From assembly GCF_032444005.1 (NCBI RefSeq), contig NC_091289.1:5890001-5954000 (forward strand): 64,000 nucleotides of DNA, in the 5' to 3' direction. Made by a program: the position numbers and the translations under genes. Below, piece after piece: positions 12,003 through 24,047 of this stretch (within the stretch, counting starts at the first letter, position 1; each line of letters opens with the position of its first letter). The notes beneath the pieces are model-generated. The model was not told where the DNA came from. It ran no database searches and saw nothing but the letters and a program-made list of their open reading frames with translations. The stretch is from Ranitomeya imitator (taxonomy: Eukaryota).

Positions 12003-13500
12003 GGGTGATGTGCTGCCGACCGTGTGTGAGGGGAAGGGGGGCGATGTGCTGCCGACCGTGTGTGAGGGGAAGGGTGGTGATGTGCTGCCGACTGTGTGTG
12101 AGGGGAAGGGTGGTGATGTGCTGCCGACTGTGTGTGAGGGGAAGGGTGGTGATGTGCTGCCGACCGTGTGTGAGGGGAAGGGTGGCGAAGTGCTGCCGAC
12201 CGTGTGTGAGGGGAAGGGGGGCGATGTGCTGCCGACTGTGTGTGAGGGGAAGGGGGGCGATGTGCTGCCGACTGTGTGTGAGGGGAAGGGTGGTGATGTG
12301 CTGCCGACCGTGTGTGAGGGGAAGGGTGGTGATGTGCTGCCGACTGTGTGTGAGGGGAAGGGGGGTGATGTGCTGCCGACCGTGTGTGAGGGGAAGGGGG
12401 GCGATGTGCTGCCGACCGTGTGTGAGGGGAAGGGGGGCGATGTGCTGCCGACCGTGTGTGAGGGGAAGGGTGGCGAAGTGCTGCCGACCGTGTGTGAGGG
12501 GAAGGGTGGCGAAGTGCTGCCGACCGTGTGTGAGGGGAAGGGGGGTGATGTGCTGCCGACCGTGTGTGAGGGGAAGGGGGGCGATGTGCTGCCGACCGTG
12601 TGTGAGGGGAAGGGTGGCGAAGTGCTGCCGACCGTGTGTGAGGGGAAGGGTGGCGAAGTGCTGCCGACCGTGTGTGAGGGGAAGGGGGGTGATGTGCTGC
12701 CGACCGTGTGTGAGGGGAAGGGGGGTGATGTGCTGCCGACCGTGTGTGAGGGGAAGGGGGGTGATGTGCTGCCGACCGTGTGTGAGGGGAAGGGTGGCGA
12801 AGTGCTGCCGACCGTGTGTGAGGGGAAGGGTGGCGAAGTGCTGCCGACCGTGTGTGAGGGGAAGGGTGGTGATGTGCTGCCGACCGTGTGTGAGGGGAAG
12901 GGTGGTGATGTGCTGCCGACCGTGTGTGAGGGGAAGGGTGGTGATGTGCTGCCGACCGTGTGTGAGGGGAAGGGGGGTGATGTGCTGCCGACCGTGTGTG
13001 AGGGGAAGGGGGGCGATGTGCTGCCGACCGTGTGTGAGGGGAAGGGTGGCGAAGTGCTGCCGACCGTGTGTGAGGGGAAGGGTGGCGAAGTGCTGCCGAC
13101 CGTGTGTGAGGGGAAGGGTGGTGATGTGCTGCCGACCGTGTGTGAGGGGAAGGGTGGCGAAGTGCTGCCGACGTGTGTGAGGGGAAGGGGGGTGATGTGC
13201 TGCCGACCGTGTGTGAGGGGAAGGGTGGCGAAGTGCTGCCGACCGTGTGTGAGGGGAAGGGTGGCGAAGTGCTGCCGACCGTGTGTGAGGGGAAGGGTGG
13301 TGATGTGCTGCTGACCGTGTGTGAGGGGGAAGGGTGGTGATGTGCTGCTGACCGTGTGTGAGGGGAAGGGTGGTGATGTGCCGCCGACCGTGTGTGAGGG
13401 GAATGGGGGTGATGTGCTGCCGACCGTGTGTGAGGGAAAGGGGGGGTGACGTGCTGCCGACCGTGTGTGAGGGGGAAGGGTGGCGATGTGCTGCCGACCG
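12003..13500. repeat. 36-bp G-rich minisatellite (~41 units)
   Basis: Unit gatgtgctgccgaccgtgtgtgaggggaagggtggt. Confidence 0.97.
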
Positions 13501-13767
13501 TGGAATAAAGGTGCGCTGTGAGATTGCTGAAAAGCCTGTGTCACTGAGTAATGAGGGAAGGTTTTCTGTCGGTTGTTCTACGTGCGCAGCCAGATGTCCC
13601 CGTGTGCTGGCGAATGCTCCCAGGATGGCGATTACCCGGCTGACCAAGAGGTGGCGCTCAGCAGTGACACCTCCTGGTCACCAAAGCGCTAAAAATGGCA
13701 AACACTGAACCCGCTGCAATGTGAGAGCGACTCGCTGAGCACAAGATTCCGTCTTTTGTCGCTTCTA

Positions 13768-14433
13768 GCTCCCCCTAGTGGTGGCTGCAGACAGAATCGT
13801 ATCATGTATCTCTGTATACAGGGAGCTCCCCCTAGTGGTGGCTGCAGACAGAATCGTATCATGTATCTCTGTATACAGGGAGCTCCCCCTAGTGGTGGCT
13901 GCAGACAGAATCGTATCATGTATCTCTGTATACAGGGAGCTCCCCCTAGTGGTGGCTGCAGACAGGATCTTATCATGTATCTCTGTATACAGGGAGCTGC
14001 CCCTAGTGGTGGCTGCAGACAGAATCGTATCATGTATCTCTGTATACAGGGAGCTCCCCCTAGTGGTGGCTGCAGACAGGATCTTATCATATATCTCTGT
14101 ATACAGGGAGCTCCCCCTAGTGGTGTCTGCAGACAGAATCGTATCATGTATCTCTGTATACAGGGAGCTCCCCCTAGTGGTGGCTGCAGACAGGATCTTA
14201 TCATGTATCTCTGTATACAGGGAGCTCCCCCTAGTGGTGGCTGCAGACAGAATCGTATCACGTATCTCTGTATACAGGGAGCTCCCCCTAGTGGTGGCTG
14301 CAGACAGGATTTTATCATGTATCTCTGTATACAGGGAGCTCCCCCTAGTGGTGGCTGCAGTCAGAATATTGTCATGTATCTGTATACAGGGAGCTCCCCC
14401 TAGTGGTGGCTGCAGACAGGATCTTATCATGTA
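13768..14433. repeat. 57-bp minisatellite (~12 units), start of duplication copy 2
   Basis: Same 57-bp unit, beginning abruptly at the junction. Confidence 0.95.
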
Positions 14434-15250
14434 AGGTTATACACATGGGAAGAAGGAATCAATATCACCATTACACACTGAATGGGAAACCACTGGGTAA
14501 ATCTGACAGGGAGAAGGACTTGGGGATCCTAGTTAATTATAAACTTACCTGGAGCAGCCAGTGCCAGGCAGCAGCGGCCAAGGCAAACAGGATCATGGGG
14601 TGCATTAAAAGAGGTCTGGATACACATGATGAGAGCATTATACTGCCTCTGTACAAATCCCTAGTTAGACCGCACATGGAGTACTGTGTCCAGTTTTGGG
14701 CACCGGTGCTCAGGAAGGATATAATGGAACTAGAGAGAGTACAAAGGAGGGCAACAAAATTAATAAAGGGGATGGGAGAACTACAATACCCAGATAGATT
14801 AGCGAAATTAGGATTATTTAGTCTAGAAAAAAGACGACTGAGGGGCGATCTAATAACCATGTATAAGTATATAAGGGGACAATACAAATATCTCGCTGAG
14901 GATCTGTTTATACCAAGGAAGGTGACGGGCACAAGGGGGCATTCTTTGCGTCTGGAGGAGAGAAGGTTTTTCCACCAACATAGAAGAGGATTCTTTACTG
15001 TTAGGGCAGTGAGAATCTGGAATTGCTTGCCTGAGGAGGTGGTGATGGCGAACTCAGTCGAGGGGTTCAAGAGAGGCCTGGATGTCTTCCTGGAGCAGAA
15101 CAATATTGTATCATACAATTATTAGGTTCTGTAGAAGGGCGTAGATCTCGGGATTTATTATGATGGAATATAGGCTGAACTGGATGGACAAATGTCTTTT
15201 TTCGGCCTTACTAACTATGTTACATGTTACTATGTTACTATGTTACTATG
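14429..15250 (+). mobile_element. CR1-clade LINE 3' fragment (duplicated copy)
   Basis: Near-identical to 3684-4490 with the same insertion point. It differs by a few substitutions (e.g. GAT to TAT, D to Y) and a slightly longer tail repeat. Confidence 0.93.
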
Positions 15251-16458
15251 TATCTCTGTATACAGGGAGCTCCCCCTAGTGGTGGCTGCAGTCAGAATAT
15301 TATCATGTATCTGTATACAGGGAGCTCCCCCTAGCGGTGGCTGCAGACAGTATCTTATCATGTATCACTGTATACAGGGATCTCCCCCTAGTGGTGACTG
15401 CAGACAGGATCTTATCATATATCTCTGTATACAGGGAGCTCCCCCTAGTGGTGGCTGCAGACAGGATCTTATCATGTATCTCTGTATACAGGGAGCTCCC
15501 CCTAGTGGTGGCTGCAGACAGGATCTTATCATGTATCTCTGTATACAGGGAGCTCCCCCTAGTGGTGGCTGCAGACAGGATCTTATCATGTATCTCTGTA
15601 TACAGGGATCTCCCCCTAGTGGTGACTGCAGACAGGATCTTATCATATATCTCTGTATACAGGGAGCTCCCCCTAGTGGTGGCTGCAGACAGGATCTTAT
15701 CATGTATCTCTGTATACAGGGAGCTCCCCCTAGTGGTGGCTGCAGACAGGATCTTATCATGTATCTCTGTATACAGGGAGCTCCCCCTAGTGGTGGCTGC
15801 AGACAGAATCTTATCATGTATCTCTGTATACAGGGAGCTCCCCCTAGTGGTGGCTGCAGACATTATCTTATCATGTATCTCTGTATACAGGGAGCTCCCC
15901 CTAGTGGTGACTGCAGACAGGATCTTATCATGTATCTCTGTATACAGGGAGCTCCCCCTAGTGGTGGGTGCAGACAGGATCTTATGTATCTCTGTATACA
16001 GGGAGCTCCCCCTAGTGGTGACTGCATACAGGATCTTATCATGTATCTCTGTATACAGGGAGCTCCCCCTAGTGGTGGCTGCAGACAGGATCTTATCATG
16101 TATCTCTGTATACAGGGAGCTCCCCCTAGTGGTGGCTGCAGACAGGATCTTATCATGTATCTCTGTATACAGGGAGCTCCCCCTAGTGGTGGCTGCAGAC
16201 AGGATCTTATCATGTATCTCTGTATACAGGGAGCTCCCCATAGTGGTGGCTGCAGACAGGATCTTATCATGTATCTCTGTATACGGGGAGCTCCCTCTAG
16301 TGGTGGCTGCAGACAGGATCTTATCATGTATCTCTGTATACGGGGAGCTCCCCCTAGTGGTGGCTGCAGACAGGATCTTATCATGTATCTCTGTATACAG
16401 GGAGCTCCCCCTAGTGGTGGCTGCAGACAGGATCTTATCATGTATCTCTGTACACAGG
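15248..16458. repeat. 57-bp minisatellite (~21 units)
   Basis: Same unit. About half the length of the corresponding array in copy 1. Confidence 0.96.
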
Positions 16459-16979
16459 AGTCTCTCATATGGATCCTTGACTTCCCAATTCACAGATTTA
16501 CCTTGATAAAGGCCCGAATGACTGAAACATTGGCTTGTTTGTTTTTTTTTGTGAAGACATCAATCTCTTTTTTGAATGCGTCTCATATCCTTATTTAATT
16601 TGCTATTTTTGTGTGCTGAAGTATTTTCTATATACAGGCAGCTCCCCTTAGTGGTAGCAGCAGACACAATGTTATACTATATTTCCATGTGTTTTCAGGG
16701 AATTTGGAGCTCTGGATCACGAAATTGAGCTCTAACAGCAGTATAGACATAATAGATAATCAATTAGCACATTTTGTCTTTATTTAGAGTAAAATAAACC
16801 CAAATAATGGGAATTCAGTTGACACCTGGATCCCTTTAATACATGTTGATCTTTTATGTGATATTATGCTGCATTATCAGGGATATCGCTCCATAACCAG
16901 TAGTTACAGAAGCCTTCTCTGATCAGGGATTACTCTTGTGATGCCACACTGTAACTTTCCTTTTATTTTCTTTTTCCAG

Positions 16980-17337
16980 CCAATGTGAGCGGATCACCTG
17001 CTTCAACTACCAGGACTGTCAGAACACCCCGGTGCGGATCTCCTATCATCGCCTCAACTTCCCAATCGGTGTGGTGGTCCCAGCTCAGATTTTCCGCATT
17101 TCCCCGTCTCCAGCCTATGCTGGAGATAGTATCATCATGGACATCAAGAAAGGAAATGAGGAAAATTATTTCAGCGTTAGAAAATTAAATCCATATACTG
17201 GTATCCTCTACATGCAGAGACCCCTCAGGAAGCCCAAGGATTTCCTGCTGGACGTGGAGATGAAGCTGTATCGCCAGGGAACATTGACAACCTTCCTGTC
17301 TAGGATATACATATTTATAACTGCGCCTGTCTCCTAA
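16980..17337 (+). pseudogene. Duplicated fibulin-2-like terminal exon (intact frame, second copy)
   Basis: Identical translation to 7363-7720, intact acceptor and AATAAA at 17936-17941. It lies downstream of the first copy's polyA signal. Confidence 0.8.
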
Positions 17338-18349
17338 TATTGCTGTCTTTATAACGAGGACAACAGTAAAGTTACAGGAACCTAAGAAGGGGTCATGGGA
17401 TGTGTCTATTCATACTGCAGCATCTCTGGAAACAGGTCCGAGCGAGATCAGCAAGATGGAATATGGGCATCTGGAAATGGGACTAATGTACCCAACAATG
17501 TAACCTCCATAACCTCAGTTATCTGTAGGAAATCAGCGTAATATTTATACTCAGGTGATGGGTTGGGATTTGGTTTGGTTCCATGGAGCAAGTGCTGATG
17601 TTTTTTCTTATATTATTTATCTTTTAAACTGTGGGAATGAGTTAAATCAATGAGGCACCTTGCAGCTCATCCCTCATTGGTGTCACCAGGTTATCGAATA
17701 TTTCTCATAAACGTTGGCCACTCCTACAAAATAATGGCAGCTCCCACATTATCGAACGTTCCTTTAAAAGTCACGCTTCTAGTTAATTGTCTTTCGCTCT
17801 TTTATATTTTGCGTATGTTATATTTTAGGGCTTTTGCATTTGCTACCTACAGGGACTGCATGTACCAGATCTGTGGTATTTTATTTATTATGTTTTTAAT
17901 TTATGTAAATGAATGTAACTTTGTTTATTCGCACAAATAAAAAAGGTAATGCTACGCTAATGTTGTCAGTTGTTGCGAATCTCATGGCAGAGGAGATAAT
18001 GATCCTTCAAGAATTTCACAAACTGGAGGTTCAGACAGATTCAAAAAGATCTCAGGATCTCCCAGGGTTACACAAATATGACATTCTATGCAATATGTCT
18101 CTCAACCTCCGCATTAGAGGGCACTGCCCAGCAATAACATGTCAATGTGCTGTTTATTCCAGGCAGTCAGTGTATTTCATTGGTTAGTGTTTACATACAA
18201 AAAAATCAGGTTTCACACCGCACCCAATTTGGAGGAGAACATAATGCCTGGAGATGGACACAATGGTCGAGGGTGGAGGATCATGGGCGTAGATGAATGA
18301 AGCTTTGGCTTCGGATATGTTGGCGACTTGGGTCATCACTGACTATTAC

Positions 18350-18731
18350 GCTATGTGCACACGTTGCGGATTTCACTGCGGATCCACAGCGGATTGGATG
18401 CTGTGGATTTGCAGCAGTTTTCCATACGGTTTACAGTACCGTGTAAACCTATGGAAAACAAAATCCGCTGTGCACATGCTGCAGAAAATACCACGCAGAA
18501 ACGTTGCAGTTTATTTTCTGCAGCATGTCAATTCTTTGTGCGGATTCCGCAGCATTTTTCATCTGCTCCTCAATAGGAATCCGCCGGTGTAAAACAGCAG
18601 GTAAAATCCGCACATAAAATGCAGGAAATCCATGAGTAATCCGCAGGTAAAATGCAGTGCATTTTACCTGTGGATTTTACAAAAACTGAGCAGAAAAATG
18701 TGCACAGAAATCCGCAAGGTGGGCACATAGC
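18350..18731. mobile_element. MITE (duplicated copy of 8733-9114)
   Basis: Same TIRs, offset 9617. Confidence 0.7.
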
Positions 18732-18952
18732 CCTGCACCACTTTATTACACTATTTAGGATATGCACTGAGAGATTCAGCACTCTCCCACACTCCACACG
18801 CAAGGAGCTGTAGGTCGCTGGTTCCTAGATTGGCACCAAGTAGAGGCTAAAAATGAGCCTAATAGGAAATGTGACAATAACCAAAAAAAAATACAAAACT
18901 ATCAAATTTAATCCATTGCTGATATGAGGCTACTAATTTGATTTGTTCCTTA

Positions 18953-19353
18953 GGCTTCCTTCACACTTGCGTTGTTTGTAATCCATCGCAATGCGTCGTT
19001 TTGGGGAAAAAACAGATCCTGCAAATGTGCCGGCAGGATGCGTTTTTTGCCCATAGACTTGTATTGCCGACGGATCGTAATGTATGGCCATACGTCGTGC
19101 ACTGGATGCGTCGTGTTTTGGCGGACCGTCGGCACAAAAAAACGTTCAATGTAACTTTTTTTGTCTGTTGCGTCCGCCATTTCCTACCGCGTATGTGCAG
19201 TCGGAACTCCGCCCCCTCCTCCCCGGGACATAGAATGGGCAGTGGATGCGTTGAAAAACTGCATCCGATGCCCACGTTGTGGCGAATTTTCACAACGTAC
19301 GTCGGGCCGACGCATTGCGACGGCCCCGTACCGACGCAAGTGTGAAAGAAGCC
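18953..19353. mobile_element. PIF/Harbinger-type MITE (duplicated copy)
   Basis: Same TIRs and TTA TSD, offset 9614. Confidence 0.85.
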
Positions 19354-19738
19354 TTAGTGACGATGTGATACACATTTGTCTGCTGCAGACAATCTCTGAC
19401 CGCTGCACTGATCATGTGGCTGTATATGATGTCCATAAAGAAAACAGCACATAACATCATTTTCTTTGCAATTTTTATCAATTTGGATTTCATAAGTTTA
19501 TGTTCAAATACTTCATTCTTTCATAATATTCTATTCCCTAATGTGAAAAAAACATCCAGAGTGCGATGCGGGCTCCAACAAAGCTTCCAGGCTGCAGTCA
19601 CAGCTTTGGTGTGGGCCGTACATGGGCACATGAGCGCCGCCGAGGAATGAACAGAGATGCTGAGCTACAGGGAAGCGCCTGAGGCCACATTTGTGGGGAC
19701 CTACCCCTGTGTCAAGCCTCTATGAAAGCATAAAGGGT

Positions 19739-19925
19739 GGCCTTGTTCACACTAGCAGTATTTGGTCAGTATTTTACATCAGTATTTGTAGCCAAAACCA
19801 GGAGTGGAACAATTAGAGGAAAAGTATAATAGAAACATATGCACCACTTCTGCATTTATCACCCACTCCTGGTTTTGGCTACAAATACTGATGTAAAATA
19901 CTGACCCAATACTGCTAGTGTGAAC
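19739..19925. mobile_element. Foldback MITE (duplicated copy)
   Basis: Same arms as 10125-10311. Confidence 0.8.
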
Positions 19926-20364
19926 TGTGGACCGGACGTGTGAACTGTGGACCGGACGTGTGAACTGTGGACCGGACGTGTGAACTGTGGACCGGACGTG
20001 TGAAATGTGGACCGGACGTGTGAAATGTGGACCGGACGTGTGAACCGTGGACTGGACGTGTGAAATGTGGACCGGACGTGTGAAATGTGGACCGGACGTG
20101 TGAAATGTGGACCGGACGTGTGAAATGTGGACCGGACGTGTGAAATGTGGACCGGACGTGTGAAATGTGGACCGGACGTGTGAAATGTGGACCGGACGTG
20201 TGAAATGTGGACCGGACGTGTGAAATGTGGACCGGACGTGTGAAATGTGGACAGGACGTGTGAAATGTGGACCGGACGTGTGAAATGTGGACCGGACGTG
20301 TGAACCGTGGACCGGACGTGTGAAATGTGGACTGGACGTGTGAACCGTGGACCGGACGTGTGTA
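19918..20364. repeat. 20-bp minisatellite (~22 units)
   Basis: Same unit as 10304-11490, much shorter array. Confidence 0.96.
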
Positions 20365-20599
20365 CTGGACCTGTGGACCGAGGCCAGGATCCCAGTGAAG
20401 ACCCCTCTGTTTTCACTCGTGGCCCCTGCAGCTGAGGAGACATGACCCCACTGCCAGTGTCTCAGGTCCTCGCTGCCCCTTCCGCCATCAGGTTTGTTTA
20501 CACAGAGAACATAAATATTTAAGAATCAGAACAGAATTCTGTAAATATTGAAGTCAGAGAAAGATACAATGTAACAACCAGAACCCTCCGCTGGCTCCT

Positions 20600-20700
20600 C
20601 CCACAATCCCGCCCCTGGGAACGTCCCGGCAGCAGATTGGACGGCGCAGAGTGAGAAGTTGTAGTGGGCGGGGCCGCAGTGATTGACGGCAGCGCTGCTC
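20600..20700 (+). promoter_or_regulatory. CpG-island promoter of the BORCS6-like gene
   Basis: GC boxes cccgcccc (20608) and gggcgggg (20666), inverted CCAAT (attgg, 20636), and CpG-rich context just upstream of ATG 20771. Confidence 0.55.
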
Positions 20701-20770
20701 CAGGCTAAATTGTGAGGAGGAAGATGTGAGGCCGCGACTGCCCGGAGCACAGGGGAGGACGGCGGTCAGG

Positions 20771-23700
20771 ATGAGCTCCAAGCCCGGCGCGGAGCGGGAC
20801 AGTGAGTGCGGAGGCCGCGGGTGTGTCCGGGCCTGTAACATCGTGTACAACACAGCGACCAATCCGGAGATGCTGGGGGTGATGTGCTGCCGACCGTGTG
20901 TGAGGGGAAGGGGGGCGATGTGCTGCCGACTGTGTGTGAGGGGAAGGGTGGTGATGTGCTGCCGACCGTGTGTGAGGGGAAGGGTGGTGATGTGCTGCCG
21001 ACTGTGTGTGAGGGGAAGGGTGGTGATGTGCTGCCGACTGTGTGTGAGGGGAAGGGTGGTGATGTGCTGCCGACCGTGTGTGAGGGGAAGGGTGGCGAAG
21101 TGCTGCCGACCGTGTGTGAGGGGAAGGGTGGCGAAGTGCTGCCGACCGTGTGTGAGGGGAAGGGGGGCGATGTGCTGCCGACTGTGTGTGAGGGGAAGGG
21201 TGGTGATGTGCTGCCGACCGTGTGTGAGGGGAAGGGTGGTGATGTGCTGCCGACCGTGTGTGAGGGGAAGGGTGGTGATGTGCTGCCGACCGTGTGTGAG
21301 GGGAAGGGGGGTGATGTGCTGCCGACCGTGTGTGAGGGGAAGGGGGGCGATGTGCTGCCGACCGTGTGTGAGGGGAAGGGGGGCGATGTGCTGCCGACCG
21401 TGTGTGAGGGGAAGGGTGGCGAAGTGCTGCCGACCGTGTGTGAGGGGAAGGGTGGCGAAGTGCTGCCGACCGTGTGTGAGGGGAAGGGGGGTGATGTGCT
21501 GCCGACCGTGTGTGAGGGGAAGGGGGGCGATGTGCTGCCGACCGTGTGAGAGGGGAAGGGTGGCGAAGTGCTGCCGACCGTGTGTGAGGGGAAGGGTGGC
21601 GAAGTGCTGCCGACCGTGTGTGAGGGGAAGGGGGGTGATGTGCTGCCGACCGTCTGTGAGGGGAAGGGGGGTGATGTGCTGCCGACCGTGTGTGAGGGGA
21701 AGGGGGGTGATGTGCTGCCGACCGTGTGTGAGGGGAAGGGTGGCGAAGTGCTGCCGACCGTGTGTGAGGGGAAGGGTGGCGAAGTGCTGCCGACCGTGTG
21801 TGAGGGGAAGGGTGGTGATGTGCTGCCGACCGTGTGTGAGGGGAAGGGTGGTGATGTGCTGCCGACCGTGTGTGAGGGGAAGGGGGGTGATGTGCTGCCG
21901 ACCGTGTGTGAGGGGAAGGGGGGCGATGTGCTGCCGACCGTGTGTGAGGGGAAGGGTGGCGAAGTGCTGCCGACCGTGTGTGAGGGGAAGGGTGGCGAAG
22001 TGCTGCCGACCGTGTGTGAGGGGAAGGGTGGCGAAGTGCTGCCGACGTGTGTGAGGGGAAGGGGGGTGATGTGCTGCCGACCGTGTGTGAGGGGAAGGGT
22101 GGCGAAGTGCTGCCGACCGTGTGTGAGGGGAAGGGTGGCGAAGTGCTGCCGACCGTGTGTGAGGGGAAGGGTGGTGATGTGCTGCTGACCGTGTGTGAGG
22201 GGGAAGGGTGGTGATGTGCTGCCGACCGTGTGTGAGGGGAAGGGTGGTGATGTGCCGCCGACCGTGTGTGAGGGGAATGGGGGTGATGTGCTGCCGACCG
22301 TGTGTGAGGGAAAGGGGGGGTGACGTGCTGCCGACCGTGTGTGAGGGGGAAGGGTGGCGATGTGCTGCCGACCGTGGAATAAAGGTGCGCTGTGAGATTG
22401 CTGAAAAGCCTGTGTCACTGAGTAATGAGGGAAGGTTTTCTGTCGGTTGTTCTACGTGCGCAGCCAGATGTCCCCGTGTGCTGGCGAATGCTCCCAGGAT
22501 GGCGATTACCCGGCTGACCAGGAGGTGGCGCTCAGCAGTGACACCTCCTGGTCACCAAAGCGCTAAAAATGGCAAACACTGAACCCGCTGCAATGTGAGA
22601 GCGACTCGCTGAGCACAAGATTCCGTCTTTTGTCGCTTCTATAAACCGGTTTCGGCGCTGGATGCTGTGAAGCGACTGCTCCGTTCTTCGGGCGCCTTCA
22701 CCTTGCACTGCTGATGAGGGTTGTAGTTTTCAGCAGCTGTTTAGGTTCCTATGAATTGGATGTAATTGTAACAAACCCTCAGCTGAGAAGTGGCTCTTCA
22801 ATGCGGAAGAGGGTGGACCCCACTAGTGATTTTTCTGGGGGCTCTAATGAGGTTTCCTGTGTGAACGTGTACCTACAATCTCCAGAACTCGTTTCCCTGT
22901 GTTGTAGCTGACATCAATGTCCGCCATCATGCGCTGCAGAGAAGCAGAGCCGACATCCCCCCCATCGACCTGGAGGTGTTGAAGGACCTGGAGATCCTCA
23001 CTCAGGAAGTTGCACTAAAAGTCGATCAGATGATGAAAAGTTTGAGCGGCACAATCCAAAATGTAAGATCGTACATGAGCGCTATCAGCTGTAGCAGGGG
23101 AGGCGATCAGCGAGACCACGATCAATGGCGCGTGCGACTGATATGGACAAATGCCCCAGAGAGCGGCCCCCTCGTATCTCCAGAGCTGACCACACCTTTA
23201 TTTGCAGATGACGGCGCTCAGCGTGGGATACATCCAGACGTACAGGGATTCTGTGGACAGTCTCGGGGAGTCAGTGGACATGAGCATCAAGGTAGGAGAC
23301 GGAACGACAAGTAGAGAAGGTCGGATACCCCCCCCCCCCCCCCTATTTAATAAAACTCCAATCCTGGAACATCTTTTGTTAAAATTCTACATTGTACTGT
23401 TCCTACTCCAGAGCTGCACTCACTATTCTGCTGGTGCAGTCACTGTACATACAGGATCTAACTCAGGATCAGTAATGTATTATACTCCAGAGCTGCACTC
23501 ACTATTCTGCTGGTGCAGTCACTGTGTACATAGATTACTGATCCTGAGTTACATCCTGTATTATACCCCAGAGCTGCACTCACTATTCTGCTGGTGCAGT
23601 CACTGTGTACATAATTACATTACTGATCCTGAGTTACATCCTGTATTATACCCCAGAGCTGCACTCACTATTCTGCTGGTGCAGTCACTGTGTACATACA

Positions 23701-24047
23701 TTACATTACTGATCCTGAGTTACATCATGTATTATACTCCAGAGCTGCGCTCACTATTCTGCTGGTGCAGTCACTATGTACATACATTACTGATCCTGAG
23801 TTACATCCTGTATTATACTCCAGAGCTGCACTCACTATTCTGCTGGTGCTGTCACTGTGTACATTACTGATCCTGTATTATCCTCCAGAGCTGCGCTCAC
23901 TCTTCCTCCTTCTCTCCGCAGGGGATGTACACCCTGATGGCGCGCTGTGAGGAGCTGGACCGGTCCATGCAGCCCATTCATGCTCTGGCCAAGCAGATCC
24001 GGGAGATTAAGCGCACGCTAGAAATGTTTGAGACGTTGTGTAAATAA
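20771..24047 (+). CDS. BORCS6: BLOC-1-related complex subunit 6 (lyspersin)-like, intron-containing, ~131 aa if exon 1 is as inferred
   Basis: Firm exons 22908-23062, 23208-23291 and 23922-24047, all GT-AG, give ...PPIDLEVLKDLEILTQEVALKVDQMMKSLSGTIQN|MTALSVGYIQTYRDSVDSLGESVDMSIK|GMYTLMARCEELDRSMQPIHALAKQIREIKRTLEMFETLCK*. This matches the recalled human BORCS6 C-terminus (TALSVGCIQTYRDAVDSLGEAVDMSIKGMYTLLARCEEL...EALCK). Putative exon 1 20771-20801 (MSSKPGAERD, donor gtgagt, phase 1) joins in frame but is less certain. AATAAA at 24074. Confidence 0.85.
20877..22375. repeat. 36-bp G-rich minisatellite in putative intron 1 of the BORCS6-like gene (~41 units)
   Basis: Same unit as 12003-13500. 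Confidence 0.97.
23400..23900. repeat. ~70-80-bp degenerate tandem repeat (~6 units) in the last BORCS6-like intron
   Basis: Recurrent ccagagctgcactcactattctgctggtgcagtcactgtgtacat...tgatcctgagttacatcctgtatta. Confidence 0.9.

Larger units (their letters stand above)
2800..22641 (+). repeat. Tandem segmental duplication: copy 1 ~2800-13767, copy 2 13768-22641
   Basis: The same ordered content occurs twice: CR1 piece, fibulin exon, three MITEs, 20-bp array, promoter, 36-bp array. Offsets are 10745, 9617, 9614 and 8874, changing with VNTR length. The junction gtcgcttcta|gctccccctag is at 13767/13768, while copy 2 continues into unique sequence (gtcgcttcta|taaacc, 22641). The left boundary lies inside the satellite and is approximate. 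Confidence 0.93.

Noticed and set aside
10301-13647. Repetitive ORFs in the 20-bp and 36-bp arrays (and copies at 19859-22418)
   Set aside because: Translation products of stop-free tandem units, with no domain or splice support.
22471-22570. Possible extra BORCS6-like exon (acceptor ...gtgcgcag, frame MSPCAGECSQDGDYPADQE)
   Set aside because: All frames stop within ~120 nt unless weak donors are used, and there is no recognisable lyspersin similarity. It cannot be excluded without RNA data.
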